A model generated the notes under the pieces. That model did no database searches and had not been told where the DNA came from. It worked only from the letters and a program-made list of their open reading frames with translations. Shown here one piece after another: positions 1 to 8,860 of a stretch of 64,000 nucleotides of DNA. Location of the stretch: NCBI RefSeq assembly GCF_044324875.1, contig NZ_CP172185.1; one strand, written 5' to 3'. Positions within the stretch are counted from its first letter, which is position 1, and the number at the start of each line of letters is the position of its first letter. Source of the stretch: Escherichia coli. GTDB lineage: Bacteria > Pseudomonadota > Gammaproteobacteria > Enterobacterales > Enterobacteriaceae. The position numbers were made by a program, and so were the translations under genes.

Positions 1-149
1 GGGTTATTGTGGAAATTCTGAAGAACGTATCTTTCGAATTCCTGCGCCTTTGATTTCAGGGTGAAAATCTTACGAATCCGCCTTCCTCCCGCCCCCTGAG
101 GCCTTACATCAACCTGATAACGTCCGTCTTTGAGTTGCTTAATCGACAT
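1..149 (-). CDS. int: Tyrosine integrase, N-terminal 49 codons only (gene continues past left edge)
   Basis: Reverse translation from ATG at 149: MSIKQLKDGRYQVDVRPQGAGGRRIRKIFTLKSKAQEFERYVLQNFHNN. Resembles the P2/186 integrase N-terminus as I recall it. GGAGGTG RBS upstream. Confidence 0.7.
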   Translation of the reverse strand, partial: MSIKQLKDGRYQVDVRPQGAGGRRIRKIFTLKSKAQEFERYVLQNFHNN

Positions 150-218
150 GATCAGCACCTCCGACGGATAAACCTGTTAACCCCTGCTTACTGAACGCCG
201 CCCGTTCAATATACAGCG

Positions 219-560
219 TCAGCCAGCATTGCGGCCTGATTGGGGTGATTTTTGGGTATTGCGGGTTGAAACCTGATCGTCCTCCGACTGCGTGGAGCCA
301 TCAAGAGAGAGAGCCGGGGCGATCTGACCGGCAACAGGTAGCGTCTTATCTTTGATTAGCCAGAACATATATTTTTCAAACCGATCCACTTGAAGGACGG
401 CCTCAACAATCTTTGCTCTGGCGATCTTTTGCCCTGACTCATAATTCCTGACAGTTGCCAGAGATAACCCTGTAATATCAGCAAATTGCTTTTGAGTTAG
501 CCCTTCCGTCTTGCGTATCAAACGCAACTTTTTCGCATAGTCTATTGACAAGATACTCAT
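219..560 (-). CDS. Immunity repressor, XRE-type HTH (P2 C / CI analogue)
   Basis: 113 aa with HTH LTQKQFADITGLSLATVRNYESG. Sits next to int and divergent from the early operon. Confidence 0.75.
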   Translation of the reverse strand: MSILSIDYAKKLRLIRKTEGLTQKQFADITGLSLATVRNYESGQKIARAKIVEAVLQVDRFEKYMFWLIKDKTLPVAGQIAPALSLDGSTQSEDDQVSTRNTQKSPQSGRNAG

Positions 561-580
561 TTGGGGATTAATCTCCTACA

Positions 581-628
581 AAAGATAACCGTACGATTAT
601 CTTTACAAGTCATCAAAAATCATCAAAA
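581..628. promoter_or_regulatory. Candidate operator region of the lysis/lysogeny switch
   Basis: Imperfect palindrome AAAGATAAcCGTACGaTTATCTTT (581-604), then TCATCAAAA twice at 10-bp spacing (610-618, 620-628), in the divergent intergenic region. Confidence 0.4.
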
Positions 629-663
629 GGCGCAACAAGCGCACCAATGCAAGAGGATAACAA

Positions 664-1185
664 ATGCGGGAGATTATTGCCGACAAAGAGTTATCTGGCG
701 CTCAACCGGTTCAGGATGATGGCGCGGACAATGAATTCATTGAAGCTGCCAACGACAACGAACACCTGGAAACCAAAACCAGACCGTCCTACAAAAAGGG
801 CGCAACCCTACGACTGGACGGCCCAGTCGCAGGACTTGTGTCACTGGAAAAAGGGGCTGCCTATCTGGGGGTAACAAAATCTGCGCTACGCGCCGCCATT
901 CAGCGCGGGCAGATGCCGGGTCACAAAACGCGCTCAAATCCCGAAGATGAAAAGTCAGACGGTACATGGTGGTTTAACGCCAAAGCCTGGGACGAACTAG
1001 CCGACGAACTACTGGAGTGCGAACCGCCAGAGTGGCACAACTGGAAAAGCTACTGGACGTACGACCGCAAGAAAAGAAAGTTTTCACCGGCAAACAAGGA
1101 GGACTGCCAGACCGTTAAAGGTAAGCAGGTTTACTCCCCCAGAGTTTCAAAACTGGAGCAACTCAAAAACAACCAGCCCGGCTAA
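664..1185 (+). CDS. Cox/Apl-like excisionase-type HTH protein, first gene of the early operon
   Basis: 173 aa. HTH-like segment LEKGAAYLGVTKSALRAAIQRGQMPG. Position equivalent to P2 cox but much longer. Confidence 0.45.
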   Translation: MREIIADKELSGAQPVQDDGADNEFIEAANDNEHLETKTRPSYKKGATLRLDGPVAGLVSLEKGAAYLGVTKSALRAAIQRGQMPGHKTRSNPEDEKSDGTWWFNAKAWDELADELLECEPPEWHNWKSYWTYDRKKRKFSPANKEDCQTVKGKQVYSPRVSKLEQLKNNQPG

Positions 1186-1193
1186 ACACGAAA

Positions 1194-1400
1194 ATGACCA
1201 GCAATATCATCAATGCCGTTTTGAACATTATATTCCTGGAATTAGGCGTAGTAGTGATTTATCTGCTTGGCAAGCTAACAGGACAAAAAGAACGTTTTAT
1301 TGTCCTCAACGTTCATTACGTCGCAGCTTATTCTAAAGGGCTTTTTCCAATAGTTGTTGGCGCGGGACTTACAGCGTTTGTCATCTGGCTCATCAGGTAG
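1194..1400 (+). CDS. Small hydrophobic membrane protein
   Basis: 68 aa with two hydrophobic stretches (INAVLNIIFLELGVVVIYLLG, FPIVVGAGLTAFVIWLI). Confidence 0.45.
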   Translation: MTSNIINAVLNIIFLELGVVVIYLLGKLTGQKERFIVLNVHYVAAYSKGLFPIVVGAGLTAFVIWLIR

Positions 1401-1467
1401 AGGCACACAACGTAATCATTCGTAGCTATATTTCCGCAATAGTATTCAAGTAAAGGAAGACAACAAC

Positions 1468-1683
1468 ATGAAACCAAGACAAAGATTAACCTCCAGAAGT
1501 AGTGACGCATTGCACTTTAAAGCAAAAGACATAATAGCCACAACAAAGGTAGGAGCATAAGTCTATATACACTTTCAGAATTTCTATCTGGAGAGAACAT
1601 TAAAAACGGAAGAGGAAGCCAATGAGTATTTGTTATTCATGAAAGATTGCATAGAAGGAAAAATAAGCGCAGGAGATAAATAA
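1468..1683 (+). pseudogene. 71-codon frame interrupted by one in-frame TAA (1558-1560)
   Basis: AAGGAAG RBS before ATG 1468. The frame stays open after the TAA to a TAA at 1681-1683 that overlaps the next ATG (TAATG). Confidence 0.35.
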
Positions 1684-1991
1684 TGCGAAAACATTATTCA
1701 CAGCCACATTTCCGCAACAGTGCACCACGCAGCAATAACCGCTGGAGCCTGCGCGAAACACACGCAACGCCGGGCGGTCATGCTGTAAAACAGACTGGTC
1801 AACACACCTGGCTGATTGAGCAGGCCGGACTCGTGATCCACAGATGCCACCGCAATCCGTTTACCGGAAACCGCATTTTTGCACTGAGCAGCGGCGACAA
1901 TCAGTTCGGACAGGATTTCACACTGCACGAAGCCTTGCGAACTGCCGACCGCTTAATCGAGGGGCGCAGCTTTCAGCATACCGACTACTAA
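1683..1991 (+). CDS. Hypothetical early-region protein
   Basis: 102-aa ORF with start coupled (TAATG) to the upstream frame; no recognisable motif. Confidence 0.45.
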   Translation: MRKHYSQPHFRNSAPRSNNRWSLRETHATPGGHAVKQTGQHTWLIEQAGLVIHRCHRNPFTGNRIFALSSGDNQFGQDFTLHEALRTADRLIEGRSFQHTDY

Positions 1992-2029
1992 GGCAAAAGG
2001 AGTCTTAATAAGACAGAAGAGGCAGCAAG

Positions 2030-2272
2030 ATGAAAAGAGCCTATAAAGAACTCATTAACGACGCGCTTCAGAATTACCATTACGGACTTACAAGCCGTGG
2101 CACTAACGGTGACGCTGTTTCACTTGCAGCACTGACTACAGCAATCAAGGGCCTGACCTGTTGCGCCTTTGGTTCCGGAGATAATGAAGCTCTGACGGAA
2201 TTACAGGCCATTAATAAAGACCTGTCTGAAGGAAACGTAATAACCCCCTTTGTAATTCAGGAGGAAGCATGA
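2030..2272 (+). CDS. Hypothetical early-region protein
   Basis: 80-aa ORF in the operon direction. Confidence 0.45.
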   Translation: MKRAYKELINDALQNYHYGLTSRGTNGDAVSLAALTTAIKGLTCCAFGSGDNEALTELQAINKDLSEGNVITPFVIQEEA

Positions 2273-2394
2273 GCGTATTTATGTCATGGTTAATTCTTAT
2301 CCTTGCCATTATTTGCGCTGTGGGGATTATGCGGGTAATTAACAGCATTAACACCATTGAATCGTTATTTACTGGCGATAAGCGCCGTAAATAA
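2269..2394 (+). CDS. Small single-pass membrane peptide (41 aa), not in ORF track
   Basis: ATGA overlap with the upstream stop and GAGGAAG RBS. Translation MSVFMSWLILILAIICAVGIMRVINSINTIESLFTGDKRRK. Confidence 0.4.
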   Translation: MSVFMSWLILILAIICAVGIMRVINSINTIESLFTGDKRRK

Positions 2395-2474
2395 ACAGGC
2401 GTTTAACACCAGAAACAACCAGAAACATCCGCTCACGCGGAGGGGTTGACCCGCTCAAAAAGGAGAAATCAGGA

Positions 2475-2768
2475 ATGCTTAATAATAAAAAAAACCGAAT
2501 CATTGATAACAGTGAACAGGTCAACAAAATAATCGAAGGCACAAACAAATTAATTAAGAAAAAAAACAAACTAAGCCGTGAATTAATGGAACATCCGGAA
2601 GAAATATTATTAGCCATGATGCACCAGACAGAAGCGATAGCCATCGCCCTTGCCGTGCAGGCGCTTTCTGAGTTCCGGGAAGAAAACATCAGGCTGGCTC
2701 AGGAGCTGAAAAACCTCAGACGTCAGCTTCAGAGCACTGAGGCTGGCACGTCATCACGAATACACTGA
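2475..2768 (+). CDS. Hypothetical Lys-rich coiled-coil protein
   Basis: 97-aa ORF with AGGAGAAATCAGGAATG RBS, in a visibly AT-rich stretch. Confidence 0.45.
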   Translation: MLNNKKNRIIDNSEQVNKIIEGTNKLIKKKNKLSRELMEHPEEILLAMMHQTEAIAIALAVQALSEFREENIRLAQELKNLRRQLQSTEAGTSSRIH

Positions 2769-2778
2769 GGGCCACACC

Positions 2779-2988
2779 ATGACTGCAATTCTGAGAAGAC
2801 GCAATAAAACGCTTTTTACCGATACATCCGGGATGGAATACGAAGTGGAAAGCAGTGTCATCGCCACCACCACCCGATGCCCGGCAGGTGACGAACTGAT
2901 TTACGTCCACCTGACGGACGGGTCACAGATAACCGTCCTGACAGAGTCATGGCGCGAACTCGAGATAATAAGCGAGGTAAGAACATGA
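2779..2988 (+). CDS. Hypothetical early-region protein
   Basis: 69-aa ORF. Confidence 0.45.
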   Translation: MTAILRRRNKTLFTDTSGMEYEVESSVIATTTRCPAGDELIYVHLTDGSQITVLTESWRELEIISEVRT

Positions 2989-3197
2989 GCAGCAAACACG
3001 ATACCAACGCACGCAGACCAGGCAAAGAGGCGCGTCACCATATCGCCGTAATGCGCAACCTGCTTATGAGTGAAATCGACGATTTTGTGGCAGGCCTGGG
3101 GCAACCGGGCGAACCAGCAACACCAGGCCAGATACACAGGGAATTACGCCGCCGCGTGGAAAACGTCGTGGATTACGTCATAAACCCGAACGACTGA
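2985..3197 (+). CDS. Hypothetical early-region protein
   Basis: 70 aa from the internal ATG 2985, which overlaps the upstream stop (ATGA). Confidence 0.45.
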   Translation: MSSKHDTNARRPGKEARHHIAVMRNLLMSEIDDFVAGLGQPGEPATPGQIHRELRRRVENVVDYVINPND

Positions 3198-3236
3198 CGG
3201 GAACATGGCGAGCGTCAGATGACACACGCAGGGCAC

Positions 3237-3719
3237 TTATCGGGAAAAACCGATCGTAATGGCAGCCATCATCTTTTCAGCGAAAGAGAGAGATTCACGA
3301 TGACTGATATTCAGAGACATACAGGCTTTGTTGTACGCCACATTTTCCATGCATTCCAGGACAGGAGAGTCATGCATCTCAAGCTCTGGAAGGCGTGCCA
3401 GCAGAGCTTCCGTACTGAGGAGGGCGCTTTTGGTAATCAACTCATTGTAGCGATGGGCATGCTCACTCGCCGCCTGCGCACGTTGCCCGAAACGACATAT
3501 GAAATTACAGGCTCCGAGAACCACCACCACTGCCCCAAGCACCCAGCCGAAATGCCAGCCGGCTACGATGAACGCACCCGCCGCAAGGATCAAAATGTTG
3601 ATGATCGCATCAAGGCGACGATTGAATACCGCCGCGATGCGCTCCAGCCAGTAGCTGTACCAGAGACGGAACATGACCTCATCCCGTTCTCTCGATTTTT
3701 TACGTTGGTTGTTTTGCAT
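3237..3719 (-). CDS. Two-TM membrane protein encoded antisense to the early operon (possible exclusion/abortive-infection effector; SLATT-like topology)
   Basis: 160 aa. Basic N-terminus, hydrophobic hairpin LDAIINILILAAGAFIVAGW / FGWVLGAVVVVLGACNFICRF, helical C-terminal half. GAGGG RBS. The overlapping + ORF 3219-3854 lacks an RBS. Confidence 0.5.
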   Translation of the reverse strand: MQNNQRKKSRERDEVMFRLWYSYWLERIAAVFNRRLDAIINILILAAGAFIVAGWHFGWVLGAVVVVLGACNFICRFGQRAQAASEHAHRYNELITKSALLSTEALLARLPELEMHDSPVLECMENVAYNKACMSLNISHRESLSFAEKMMAAITIGFSR

Positions 3720-3953
3720 GGTGTTTTATCCCTCATCGTCATCGCTCTGCCCCTAATCAGCGCAGAGTGCAGGGTAACCTGGCTCGTGGAATTTTTGCAG
3801 CCAGACATCTTTACCCCCGGGCGTGTTGAACAAAGTGTCCGCCAGATCCACTGAACGGCGGATTCATCAATGCTAACACGCCCTTCTTTTCCGGTTGAAG
3901 GCGAAAAAACCGGACCATTACCCCGACACAAAACAGAACAACGGAGAACAACT

Positions 3954-4508
3954 ATGCCCGCACTTAAACCTATGGGTGTATCAGGTGTACCACCGAAGCA
4001 TGTCAGAGCCTGGACACAACAGGAAGATGCTCTACTGGTCGGTTTATACCCCTCCCACACCGTACCAGAACTGACAAAACACTTTCAGAGAACCGGGCCA
4101 GCAATACGAAGCCGCATCCGTCTTTTGCTCTCTCAGGGGGTTATCCACACCAAACAACCCCCCCTGAATACAAAAGAACTCAACACGCTCATCAGGAATC
4201 GCCACACAAAAACCATCCGGGAACTCGCGAATGAACTGGGGCGCTCGACATCCACGGTGGGACTGAACCTGAGAAAAAGAGGGTACCGGTTCAGGAAATA
4301 CGGGGAACTCCACCACAGAGCCAGATACAGCGATCACCTGGTGGAGTTGGTAACTGAACTGCGCGATGAACAGGGGATGACATTCAGCGAAATCAGAAAG
4401 TACATCCGGGACATGGCCGGGATATCCCTTAAAAGATGGGTCCTCGCCCGGCTTTACGCACGATATACCGCCGCTGACACCGTGCTTTGCGAACTGCTAC
4501 CGGACTGA
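3954..4508 (+). CDS. DNA-binding protein with three tandem HTH-like modules (first is Myb/SANT-like)
   Basis: 184 aa from ATG 3954 (GGAGA RBS). Modules WTQQEDALLVGLY..., TIRELANELGRSTSTVGLNLRKRG and MTFSEIRKYIRDMAGISLKRW. Confidence 0.5.
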   Translation: MPALKPMGVSGVPPKHVRAWTQQEDALLVGLYPSHTVPELTKHFQRTGPAIRSRIRLLLSQGVIHTKQPPLNTKELNTLIRNRHTKTIRELANELGRSTSTVGLNLRKRGYRFRKYGELHHRARYSDHLVELVTELRDEQGMTFSEIRKYIRDMAGISLKRWVLARLYARYTAADTVLCELLPD

Positions 4509-4599
4509 GTAACCACTATGCACACACAAAAAAACCGCTTGCCATGCCGCAATCAGTCAGGTTACATTTCCGCTGCACCTCATAAAACGGGTGCCGGGA

Positions 4600-4813
4600 T
4601 TGCAACCCCCGCTGACAACTACAGCGCACAACCGCGCCAGCGGTTTTTTTGTGCGTACCGTATCGCCACGTCTTTTTCGCGCCAGAATTATGGCGGGGCG
4701 TATGGGGCCGACTTCGGTCGGGCCGGTTTCTGTAGTTGCCGGTGGTTGCAACCCTGTACGTCTCGCCACCCAGAATTGCAACCTCTGGATGGTGAGTTTT
4801 CAAAACTTGCAAC
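4600..4813. promoter_or_regulatory. Four TTGCAAC sites (one a perfect 10-bp palindrome GGTTGCAACC) upstream of ORF 4829
   Basis: TTGCAAC at 4600, 4746, 4776 and 4807; the last three are about 30 bp apart. Confidence 0.35.
4609..4650 (+). terminator. Intrinsic terminator-like hairpin plus T7 inside the early operon
   Basis: CCGCTG (4609-4614) pairs with CAGCGG (4638-4643), followed by TTTTTTT (4644-4650). Confidence 0.45.
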
Positions 4814-4828
4814 TACAGAGGCCACACC

Positions 4829-5053
4829 ATGGCAAACCGCAAACAACAGCGCGCATACGCTGCGCGTCGTCACATCCAGACTGAAATCAACCGCAGACTT
4901 TTCCGCGCATTCCGCGTCGCGCATATCATGCACATCAATATGCTGCATGAGCGCAGCCACGCACTGTCAAACATGTATTCCGCCGCTGTATTCAGCTACC
5001 TGGCGGATGACCTGCGCGAGCTGCAGGACCTCATTAACCAGCACCACCACTAA
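4829..5053 (+). CDS. Hypothetical early-region protein
   Basis: 74-aa ORF. Confidence 0.45.
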   Translation: MANRKQQRAYAARRHIQTEINRRLFRAFRVAHIMHINMLHERSHALSNMYSAAVFSYLADDLRELQDLINQHHH

Positions 5054-5121
5054 TCAACATCCCGGAGCCATCCCGCCCCCGTACGCGGGAGGCTTCCGCA
5101 CGTCCGTTTCCGGAGGTTCTC

Positions 5122-5535
5122 ATGAAGAGCGTTAAGGGACTTTCAGATATTCAGGATTTTTTTAACTGGATGTGGGCGGTGGATCCACGCCTCGCTTCCC
5201 GTCTCAATGACCTGCACGACTATTACCGCCGCGCCTGTAAACAGGCAGCCCGCAGCGCTGCCACATACGGGGATTTTTCCTTCACCGTTGACGACCGTTA
5301 CCGCGTGGATGTCAGAGACCAGAACCACAGCCTGGAGCTGGGCCTGTTCCACATCAACGGGTGCGACAGCAGCGTTATCAGCTGGTCATCGTCAGAAATG
5401 GTGCTCGTTCTGGAAATGACCACCCACAGCGTGGTCGTGAAAGGGATTAAAACAGCAGAAGACTTTATCGCTGAATACCAGCGCCTTCTTGTGCTGTACC
5501 GGGCTGCATTTCAGAAGGCAACAGCAGGGGAGTAA
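5122..5535 (+). CDS. Hypothetical protein immediately upstream of A (P2 B position)
   Basis: 137-aa ORF, GGAGG RBS, no motif recognised. Confidence 0.5.
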   Translation: MKSVKGLSDIQDFFNWMWAVDPRLASRLNDLHDYYRRACKQAARSAATYGDFSFTVDDRYRVDVRDQNHSLELGLFHINGCDSSVISWSSSEMVLVLEMTTHSVVVKGIKTAEDFIAEYQRLLVLYRAAFQKATAGE

Positions 5536-5540
5536 GCGGA

Positions 5541-8051
5541 ATGAGCCATCACCACACGCACCTGGCGTACCCGTGGAACGCCCCGCTGCCGGTTATTGAT
5601 CCTGAGACATTCGGCAGAGCATTACCGCAGAAGCCAACCGCATTACAACGGGCAATCCGTGACTACCTCACCGAAGACATTCGCACTGAGGCCCGGCTGG
5701 ATGAAGAAACCGTGGCCTTCCTGACAACCACGGACAAAGGTAAGCAAATTAATTCACACCTTCACCGGGACGAAGAGCGGCAGATAAGGCTGGATAAGCT
5801 GGCACGACACAGACGCGAAAATCCGCCAACGGCGGTATCGGAGGCGATAGCCGAACTTCGCACCCTGCCCTCGTTTCTTGCCAGTGTGTTGATCCGTGAT
5901 CTGGCACGACTGAACCGGAAACAGCAAAGTGCCCGCAGTGAAGGTGTAAAAAACAACAGCGCATACGTGGCCGATAATTTCGTTCGCCGTGGACTGCGTG
6001 CGCGCCTGAAACGTATTGAAAGGGTTAACGACCGCTTTGCAACGCCGGCATTCAAAACCACCGTCGTGCGCCATCGCCTTGAAGAACTGCTCACACTGCC
6101 GCAACTCACCCGTGACGAAATCCAGCGCATCGCCACACTGACAGCCCAGGCATTCGCCGCAGAATTTGAACGCATATGTGATGAAGTTCTTGAACGGACA
6201 GGCAAGGATAATGACAGCCCGGTTATCTGGCTGCTGGCCTACCAGAAGGTGGCACGCACAGCCTTAATTCTGGGCATGGTCCCGCCATACTGGCCGGAAC
6301 TCGAAATCAGGCACAACCGACGCACACCGCCGGACCCTGAACGGGTTCCGGGTGCGGTACTGCGCATCACCTGCGCGACCTGGTGGAACAACCAGTTACG
6401 CCACGTCGCCGATCTCTGGCGGGAGGAGTTACTGCGCGCCGCCGGCAGAGTGTCACGTAAACAATCCCCCTATATCAGCCATGAGTCACTACTGGAGTTC
6501 CGCGAGAAGCGCCAGCGCACCTGTGACTTTCTCAAAAGCTGGGATATTGAAAACGAAGACGGCGAGCGCCTGAGTCTGGAGGACGTGTACTGGGCTGGCC
6601 TGGGTAATCCACGCAACCGCCGCAATGAAATGATGGTCTGCGTCAGAGGGATGGAGATGGTGGCCGAATTACGGGCTGACGTCGCATTCTTCATCACAGT
6701 AACCACCCCTTCCCGCTTTCACAGCGTGAACGAGAACGGCAGCCTGAACCCGAAATACAACGGTGCCACAGTACGAGATGCCAGTGATTATCTGGTTTAC
6801 GACTTCTTCGCAGCCGTAAGAAAAAAAATAAAAAAAGAGGGGCTGGGCTGGTACGGCGTGCGAACCGCTGAGCCACACCATGACGGCACGCCACACTGGC
6901 ATATGCTGGTATTCACTTCCCCGGAGAACGCAGAGCGCATCATCGAAATTATGCGCGAAGCAGCAATTAAATCAGATCGCCACGAACTGGGGGACGATAT
7001 TTCACCGCGCTTTAAATGCGAGAAGATAGACCCGGAAAAAGGCACACCGGCAAGCTATATCGCAACCTATATCGGTAAGAACCTGGACGCCAGCGCTTTC
7101 CACAACAATGATCCGAAAACCGGAAAACCTTACGTTGATGAGGAATCCGGGAAAACCATGGCGGAAACCGTGGAGAACGCCATTGCCTGGGCAAGCCTTC
7201 ACCGCATCCGTCAGTTCCAGTTTTTCGGCATTCCGCCCCGCCAGGTATGGCGTGAACTCCGCCGCCTTGCAAGCCAGATGGAGCGCAACCCGGCATCACC
7301 GAAGCACCTCGATCATGACGATATTGACGCCATTATGGCTGCCGCAGATGTGGGATGTTTTGCCACCTACATCATGAAACAGGGTGGTGTGCTCATTCCG
7401 CGCAACCAGTATCTGGTCCGCACCGCATACGAAACCGCAGACGAAGCCAACGACTACGGTGAATTCCCTCAACGTATCTACGGAATCTGCGCCCCGTCGC
7501 TCGGAGAGCGGTACACCATATGCACCCATCCGGACGAGTGGAAACTGGTTAAAAAAGAAACAATACCAGACAACCGCACGGGCGAGGGTTTTGACCTTCA
7601 GGGCGACCCCGTCGCCCCTTGGACTCGTGGCAATAACTGTCCCCGGGATGAAAAAACAGACAATCACGGACCAGAAAACAGGCAGGACCCCGGACGACTG
7701 ACGCTTCCCGAAGAGAACCTGGAAAGCTGGCTGAATACGTTAAGCAGGGGCGATCGGAGAAAACTGCGTAATCAGATTAAAAATCAGCCGTCGGGCGCAA
7801 AAACCGGACAAAACGACACCACACCGGCATCTGACACCCCTGTAAGGGTGGGGATTGTCGTGCCTGCGGATACCGCGACGGACACGCAAATCGCCCGCGA
7901 ACTTGATGCGCTGGGTGTGCAGTTGCCTGACGCGGCCATCATCTCCGTGCGTAACGGTGCCCGTGTGCGTCTGGATAACGGGGGAACAGCGTACTGGGAT
8001 GAGTCAGCCCGTCACATCATCACAGAGCAGCCAGTGGAGGCGGGAGCATGA
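5541..8051 (+). CDS. A: Replication initiation endonuclease gpA (rolling-circle nickase)
   Basis: 836 aa. HUH-type motif EPHHDGTPHWHMLVF and catalytic Tyr motif SYIATYIGKNL; size and position as P2 A. Confidence 0.9.
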   Translation: MSHHHTHLAYPWNAPLPVIDPETFGRALPQKPTALQRAIRDYLTEDIRTEARLDEETVAFLTTTDKGKQINSHLHRDEERQIRLDKLARHRRENPPTAVSEAIAELRTLPSFLASVLIRDLARLNRKQQSARSEGVKNNSAYVADNFVRRGLRARLKRIERVNDRFATPAFKTTVVRHRLEELLTLPQLTRDEIQRIATLTAQAFAAEFERICDEVLERTGKDNDSPVIWLLAYQKVARTALILGMVPPYWPELEIRHNRRTPPDPERVPGAVLRITCATWWNNQLRHVADLWREELLRAAGRVSRKQSPYISHESLLEFREKRQRTCDFLKSWDIENEDGERLSLEDVYWAGLGNPRNRRNEMMVCVRGMEMVAELRADVAFFITVTTPSRFHSVNENGSLNPKYNGATVRDASDYLVYDFFAAVRKKIKKEGLGWYGVRTAEPHHDGTPHWHMLVFTSPENAERIIEIMREAAIKSDRHELGDDISPRFKCEKIDPEKGTPASYIATYIGKNLDASAFHNNDPKTGKPYVDEESGKTMAETVENAIAWASLHRIRQFQFFGIPPRQVWRELRRLASQMERNPASPKHLDHDDIDAIMAAADVGCFATYIMKQGGVLIPRNQYLVRTAYETADEANDYGEFPQRIYGICAPSLGERYTICTHPDEWKLVKKETIPDNRTGEGFDLQGDPVAPWTRGNNCPRDEKTDNHGPENRQDPGRLTLPEENLESWLNTLSRGDRRKLRNQIKNQPSGAKTGQNDTTPASDTPVRVGIVVPADTATDTQIARELDALGVQLPDAAIISVRNGARVRLDNGGTAYWDESARHIITEQPVEAGA

Positions 8052-8479
8052 CGCGATTTTGCTGCACCATGCAGCGCCCACAGTTTGAGGCCATCATGCG
8101 CCAGCGTATGCCGGTGCTGACACTGTTCAGGCCTGCCACAAGGCCACAACCGGGCGACGAGCTGGAAATCACGATAGTCAGCCCCGATCGCACCACGGAG
8201 ACCACCATCGCCGACATACTCAACAGGCGGCCGGGCAGCGAGAGCCATAGCTGGACTGTCGTCATTCGTCCGCGCCGTTCGCCGGAGGAACCGGAGCCGT
8301 GCACGCCTGCCGGGAAAATCATGCAGAGATATCACGAAGAGCGGACACGCAGGCACAACGGCGGACTGGCCAGAACACTGAACACAGTCAATCACAAGGC
8401 CGCGCTGGCGCGAATGGTCTTTTCACCACAACGCAATTCATTCGCCAGACCAGCACAGAACGGGAGGAAACAACAGTGA
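8048..8479 (+). CDS. Hypothetical accessory-region protein
   Basis: 143-aa ORF with start overlapping the A stop (ATGA). Confidence 0.45.
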   Translation: MTRFCCTMQRPQFEAIMRQRMPVLTLFRPATRPQPGDELEITIVSPDRTTETTIADILNRRPGSESHSWTVVIRPRRSPEEPEPCTPAGKIMQRYHEERTRRHNGGLARTLNTVNHKAALARMVFSPQRNSFARPAQNGRKQQ

Positions 8480-8670
8480 GCAGAATATTACTTTTTCTGC
8501 TGTTTTTCGCGCCATTCGCACAATCAGCCACGCCGAACTGCGTAGCGAAAAAGAGCAACACCGTTGTCATTGTCCAGTGTGATGACGGCACGGTAACAAT
8601 CACCGACTCGAGCAAAGGAAGCGTCATTGTCTGCCGTAAAGAGAAACCCTGTCAGCGAACCGAACTTTGA
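8476..8670 (+). CDS. Small secreted Cys-containing protein
   Basis: GTG start overlapping the upstream stop, GGGAGGA RBS, signal-peptide-like SRILLFLLFFAPFAQSA, 64 aa. Confidence 0.45.
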   Translation: MSRILLFLLFFAPFAQSATPNCVAKKSNTVVIVQCDDGTVTITDSSKGSVIVCRKEKPCQRTEL

Positions 8671-8681
8671 AGGAAAAATAT

Positions 8682-8761
8682 ATGAACAGGAAACAGAAGC
8701 AGGAACTGAAAGGCTTCTTACGTAAAGAAATTGCCAGGCTGGAAGATGTGGAATCTCAGTC
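8682..8761 (+). pseudogene. 5' part of a ~103-codon phage ORF split by the IS
   Basis: Frame MNRKQKQELKGFLRKEIARLEDVESQS runs into the IS end at 8762 and continues in frame at 11407. Confidence 0.7.
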
Positions 8762-8860
8762 TGCGTATTCCGCTCTATTCGATCACGGATTGGCATCGAA
8801 GTCCGATCAGCGATTCGCATCCATTCGATCAACCGGGAACTTAACTTTTTCTACCGCTTT

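Noticed and set aside
3219-3854. 211-aa plus-strand ORF overlapping the 2-TM gene
   Set aside because: No RBS and a His/Arg-rich, non-protein-like composition. The minus-strand frame has an RBS and a coherent TM-hairpin architecture. I keep open that the strand choice could be wrong.
4518-5135. 205-aa plus-strand ORF spanning the structured region and two smaller ORFs
   Set aside because: It crosses a terminator and palindromic sites, has a Cys/Arg/Ser-rich odd composition and no RBS. The 74-aa and 137-aa frames with RBSs fit better.
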